DNA of 62,612 nt, the filler included, from Hausera hauseri (taxonomy: Eukaryota), in assembly GCA_046269625.1 (NCBI GenBank). It is 9 parts of 9 records of this genome, joined end to end, with 100 filler letters (N's around TTAATTAATTAA, not from the genome) between each part and the next. Parts side by side here need not be neighbours in the genome. Positions count along the whole stretch, not along the records: positions 58,453 to 62,612 come from JBJURY010728545.1; 8 more parts are not named here. The stretch is one strand, 5' to 3'. The notes under the pieces are model-generated. The model was not told where the DNA came from and did not search any database. It saw only the letters and a program-made list of their open reading frames with translations. The translations under genes and the position numbers were made by a program. Positions 58,453 to 62,612 of this stretch are shown piece after piece (positions within the stretch are counted from its first letter, which is position 1; each line of letters opens with the position of its first letter).

Positions 58453-61400
58453 GGATGACGACGTGCGTGCGTATAAAGGAAAGCTAGCTTTTGTAAAGGT
58501 GGAGTTAGAATGATCTTTTTTATTAACGGAATTCGACGTATCAAAAGCAATGCCGCCAATGATTTCGAAGGATTTAAAAGAACTAAGAAAGTCAGCAGAC
58601 GGTTGATTGGCCTTTAAGACTTCGGATGAGAAAACTGGATCAACAGTGATGGAGCCAACCGACCTCGATAGAAAATCTGCTACCAAATTGTCTGTGCCTG
58701 AGATGTATTCCAAAACAATGCTGAACGTAGATAAATATGATATATGTCTCTCTTGCCTCGCTGATTGTTGTTTTAATGACATGATATGCATGAGATGCTT
58801 GTGATCAGTTTGAATGACAAATGGACAAGAGAGAAGTAGATTTTTAAAATGTTTTACTGCCAGAACTATGGCAAGTAACTCATGGTCAAATGTTGAACAA
58901 CGGCTTTCGGGTCGTGTAAGCATCCTAGAGTAAATTTCTTATGGTTCATCGACGACATTGTATATTTGGTGTAATATCGCACCAGTTGCTGTGGTTTAGG
59001 CATCGGTAGTTAATAATAGTTTAATTTAGCTTTGGAAAGGCCAAGATTTCCACAGTTTTCAGACCTTCACGAAGGCGATTAAATTGGTTTACTAGATCGG
59101 AAGTCCAATGGATTAATTGTCTTCTCTTCCCAGATAGGAGATATGCAAAAGGTGCCGTCTGTTCGGAACAGTGTGGCACGTATTTGTGTACAAAATGCAA
59201 TGTCCCTAGAAAACTCCTCATATCGGTAGTAGTAGTTGTTGGCAACATCACATTTTTTAATTTTTCTAAGCGATCAGGCTGAGGCGAATGCCCTTTGGGA
59301 ATAATTATGTGTCCTAAGAAGTTGACACGTTTCTGGAAGAAATTGCATTTGGCGAAATTAACTTGCAGGGTGCTTTGATGCAATCTGTGGAAAATGATCC
59401 TAAGGTGCTCATGATGTTTGATGGAGGTGGAAGCAACTAACATGTCATCTATGTATTGATGAGTAAAATCAAGACCAAAAAGAATGGTGTTGATGTGGCG
59501 CTGAAAGGTCTGAGATGCGCTACGAAGGCCGAAAGGCATAAAAATGTATTCATAAAGACCAAATAGTTTAATGACAGCAGTTTTTGGAATGTCATCAGGC
59601 TTTGTGCAGATCAATGGTAGAATAGGTATTGGTGTTGTTGAGTCTATGAAGAATATCTTTAATGAGTGGTAATGGATAAGCGTCGGTAATTGGCAGGTTG
59701 TTTAACTGACGATAGTCTCCACATAGCTTATAGGTACCATCTTTTTTTCTTGTTTCACAGCTTTACGTCTGCGTGGCGACAAAGGTCTGACCTTTTGTTT
59801 GATCGGTCTCTGATGCAGTGTTACTATGTGATGATAAGCTGTGGATAGATGCTTGAAGTTGACTTCCCTTTTAACTATGCGAAAGCAAGACGTTGTGACG
59901 CATGATCTAAGATCGGAGACTAGAGACAAAAATGAATGAGGCATGTCATTAGACAGAACAGCTCCAGTGATTGACGAAAAACAACTGACATCGCTAGTGT
60001 CGACACCTAATTTGGATTTTTGTTTTAGAATGGATTTATGATTGTCGCTTATAATTGAAATATTGCCGATTTTATCGGAAGTTTTTTATGGATGACGAAG
60101 CGTTCAACAGGTTTATAGATGAGTGCAGTGAATTGCTCGCTAAGTTGTCTACAAGACACATGTTTGGAGTTGCAATTGAGTTCCTGATTAAAAGACAGCT
60201 GTATTTTCAATCGACCAATAGATCATGTGCGGCAAGAAAATCTGAGCCTTTTGTGGGAGAATTAATGTTAGCCACGTGGAACTTCCAGACAAACTTATCT
60301 GGCAAGTTGGGAAATGTGAAAGTCAATTCCGTGGTTCCTGCGATATGCAACGGTTGACCACTGGCAGTGAAAAGCTGTGGACATGAAATCATAGTCAATG
60401 TAGGAACGAAGGACAAGGGAAGGAGCGAAAAGGCAGCACCTGCGCCTATAAGGAAGTCAATATGTGAAGTATCTCTGAATAATATAGCTTTCAACAGAAA
60501 GACTGCAGAGGAGGTGTTGAAACGGCCAGAAGATTGAGCAATATTGCCTGCGCCAGAATGTGCCGTAAAATCTGGCGGCATTATTAGTTTTTGAAGGTTT
60601 GGGAGAAAAGGAAGAGAGGGAGGAAAATGAGAAGACTTATCGTTGTAATGATTACAACTAGGCACACATGATCTAGCCCTTGACTTGAACTTATTGTGAT
60701 CGAAGCAAATGGGGTTGTCCACAGCGTACCGTTCGTTGTAGAACCGACAACACAAAAAACATTTCCTTGCATCCCTTCGAAATCGCGTGTGATAGAAGCA
60801 AGTCATGCGTCCGCCAGGTGAAATGGATCGAGCAGTGTCTGGAAATGCTTCTCTGCCTTGAAGGTCTGGTTTCGCTTCGTCGCGGCCCATTAAGATTATT
60901 TAGTTGGGTAATAATGGCTAGAGTCGACTGCGGTAAGTCGTCAAACTGCTGCTGCATCATTTGAAATTGTTGTAAAAATGAAGTTTTATCTGTGTGTTAT
61001 GGTGTGTGAGCGGTTGCTGCAGCTACTTTTTGTGAATTATTAGACTGCAAAATGTCAAAACTTTTGTCTGCCAATAGGGCCAGCTTTTCAAAGGCCGTTG
61101 AGCCGTCTACTACCGTGAGCAGCACTATGATGGAGGTTGGCAAGGATGAAAGAAAATACCGACGAAAAAGATCGGCATTGTTTATGGGAGTGACGCCTAA
61201 AGAGCTTAATTGCGAGATTGTAGTTTTAAGGAAATCCGACGGCTTTTGATTTCCGATGGCGTGTTCATTGAAGTATTTTTTAATTATGCTGTCAATGGAA
61301 GGGTCGGTGATATGCAGAACTGATTCATAAAGCATATCATATTGACTTGAAAAAGTAAGTATACCAGCAAGATTGATGATTTTCTGCTTGATATTAGCTG

Positions 61401-61950
61401 GAAGTAGTAACAGCAAACTGTTCGCCCGCAAAAAAGAGTCTGTGATATGAGTGGCTTTAAGTCATTGAAAATGGATCTGTAACCAAGTGCGACTCGAATT
61501 GGTTTTATCAAGAAAAAATCTTTGCAAGGAAGATTTCCAGATGTAGTTGGTGTGGAGTCGGCAGGACGAAGACCAGATCTGGTTTTGGTTAAATTTTCGG
61601 CGGAAGGGTCAGAGTCTGATCCACCACGGATGCGAAAATGGACAGTGAGTATCACTGAATATTTTCCGGATGCAAAATATGACAGAGTTGGAAGGTAATA
61701 TAGTCAAGCCATTGTGCACGCAATAAAAATCGGAAAAGCCGAAAAAGGAGGACAATGCCGAATAAAGGATGTGTACCGTATGTTTATATGTATCCTCCAA
61801 TGTGTACACATGTTTGTTATGGGCAAAAATAAGAAGAGAAAGGAGATACAGTGCAGCGAGGCAGTCACCCTCGACTTCTCGCCCAAATCATCGACAGCTA
61901 TTTCACTGATAGAGTCGTCTCGCATTATAAATGATGCAGTAACAATATGC
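58453..61950 (-). mobile_element. Degenerate Ty3/gypsy (CsRn1-like) retrotransposon, copy D
   Basis: Gag QKPSDFL, EKLALLADK; two CHCC knuckles; FLIGAGA (mutated protease site); MPFGLRSASQTFQ, YIDD; TDHKHL. Confidence 0.92.
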
Positions 61951-62179
61951 ATATATCTAGTATAATTACTTTTTATTCATAGCGACTCTGGAAATCGTTC
62001 CTGAGGTTTTTGCATTAGCTGAACTGATTTCGCTAATTCTTTGAAAATTTGTTTTGTATGGTCCACCGAAGTTATTGAAAACGCGGTTTCGAGAGGCGAA
62101 TTTATTGATGGATAAAATGGTAGATTGAATATTGTGCCAAATATTAATGTGCCAACAGAGTATGCGGCCCCCGTATATA

Positions 62180-62590
62180 TTACACATTTTTTCTGTCACA
62201 CTGAATGGACACAGAATCCTCACACCGTACTTCTACATATTTGTCGTCCTTTAGCATATAGGTGACGCGCGTTGTTACAATTTGGCCATTTTCGGAATCA
62301 AATTTATTTTCTGTATGTGGTCGTTTGTGATCACAACATATTTCTTTTGTAGCATTATTTACAAGTTCCCAATTGCATTTGCAATCTCTGTAAACCAGAC
62401 GATATGTTGAATCCTGGACTGCGCACGGACTAATTGGGATACGTTCATAAGGTATAACATCGCTGCAAGTTAACTGGATTTTACGTCTGGAAAGCAATTC
62501 GTAAGTTGTTGTTATAATGACAATCGTTCTACCATTGACACAGATTTGATTTTTTATTGGTTCGTTGCAGCATTTATTAACAGGAACCAT
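62180..62590 (-). CDS. Host gene fragment with Cys-containing repeats (CC..P....C..G)
   Basis: Two similar units: KCCNEP..C.NG..V.TT.Y.L and ICCDH..NG..VTT..Y.L. Confidence 0.4.
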   Translation of the reverse strand: MVPVNKCCNEPIKNQICVNGRTIVIITTTYELLSRRKIQLTCSDVIPYERIPISPCAVQDSTYRLVYRDCKCNWELVNNATKEICCDHKRPHTENKFDSENGQIVTTRVTYMLKDDKYVEVRCEDSVSIQCDRKNV

Positions 62591-62612
62591 AGTGTAGTAA
62601 AACCATGTGAAC

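Overview
This window is not one locus. It is nine contigs joined by artificial 100-nt spacers (44 N + TTAATTAATTAA + 44 N), and the content is eukaryotic and of mixed origin. Contig 6 (31984-48891) is a nearly complete teleost mitochondrial genome, mostly on the minus strand. It shows evidence of a duplicated control region and a degenerate tRNA-Leu(UUR) upstream of ND1. Contig 3 is a CT/CTGT simple-sequence satellite whose ORFs are spurious. The other contigs are AT-rich, invertebrate-like nuclear DNA full of decayed mobile elements: four diverged copies of a CsRn1-like Ty3/gypsy retrotransposon, three protein-primed PolB (Polinton/Maverick-like) remnants with AGTAG-type termini and two conserved orphan ORFs, piggyBac, hAT-like and Tc1 fragments, a hairpin-rich MITE family, and a DDX6/PP2A-A chimeric pseudogene. 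The most novel signal is that all four gypsy copies encode a ~70-aa ubiquitin-like segment ending in IRGG directly upstream of Gag. Three of the four also keep a covarying pseudoknot-like structure after a slippery site at the gag/pol boundary.
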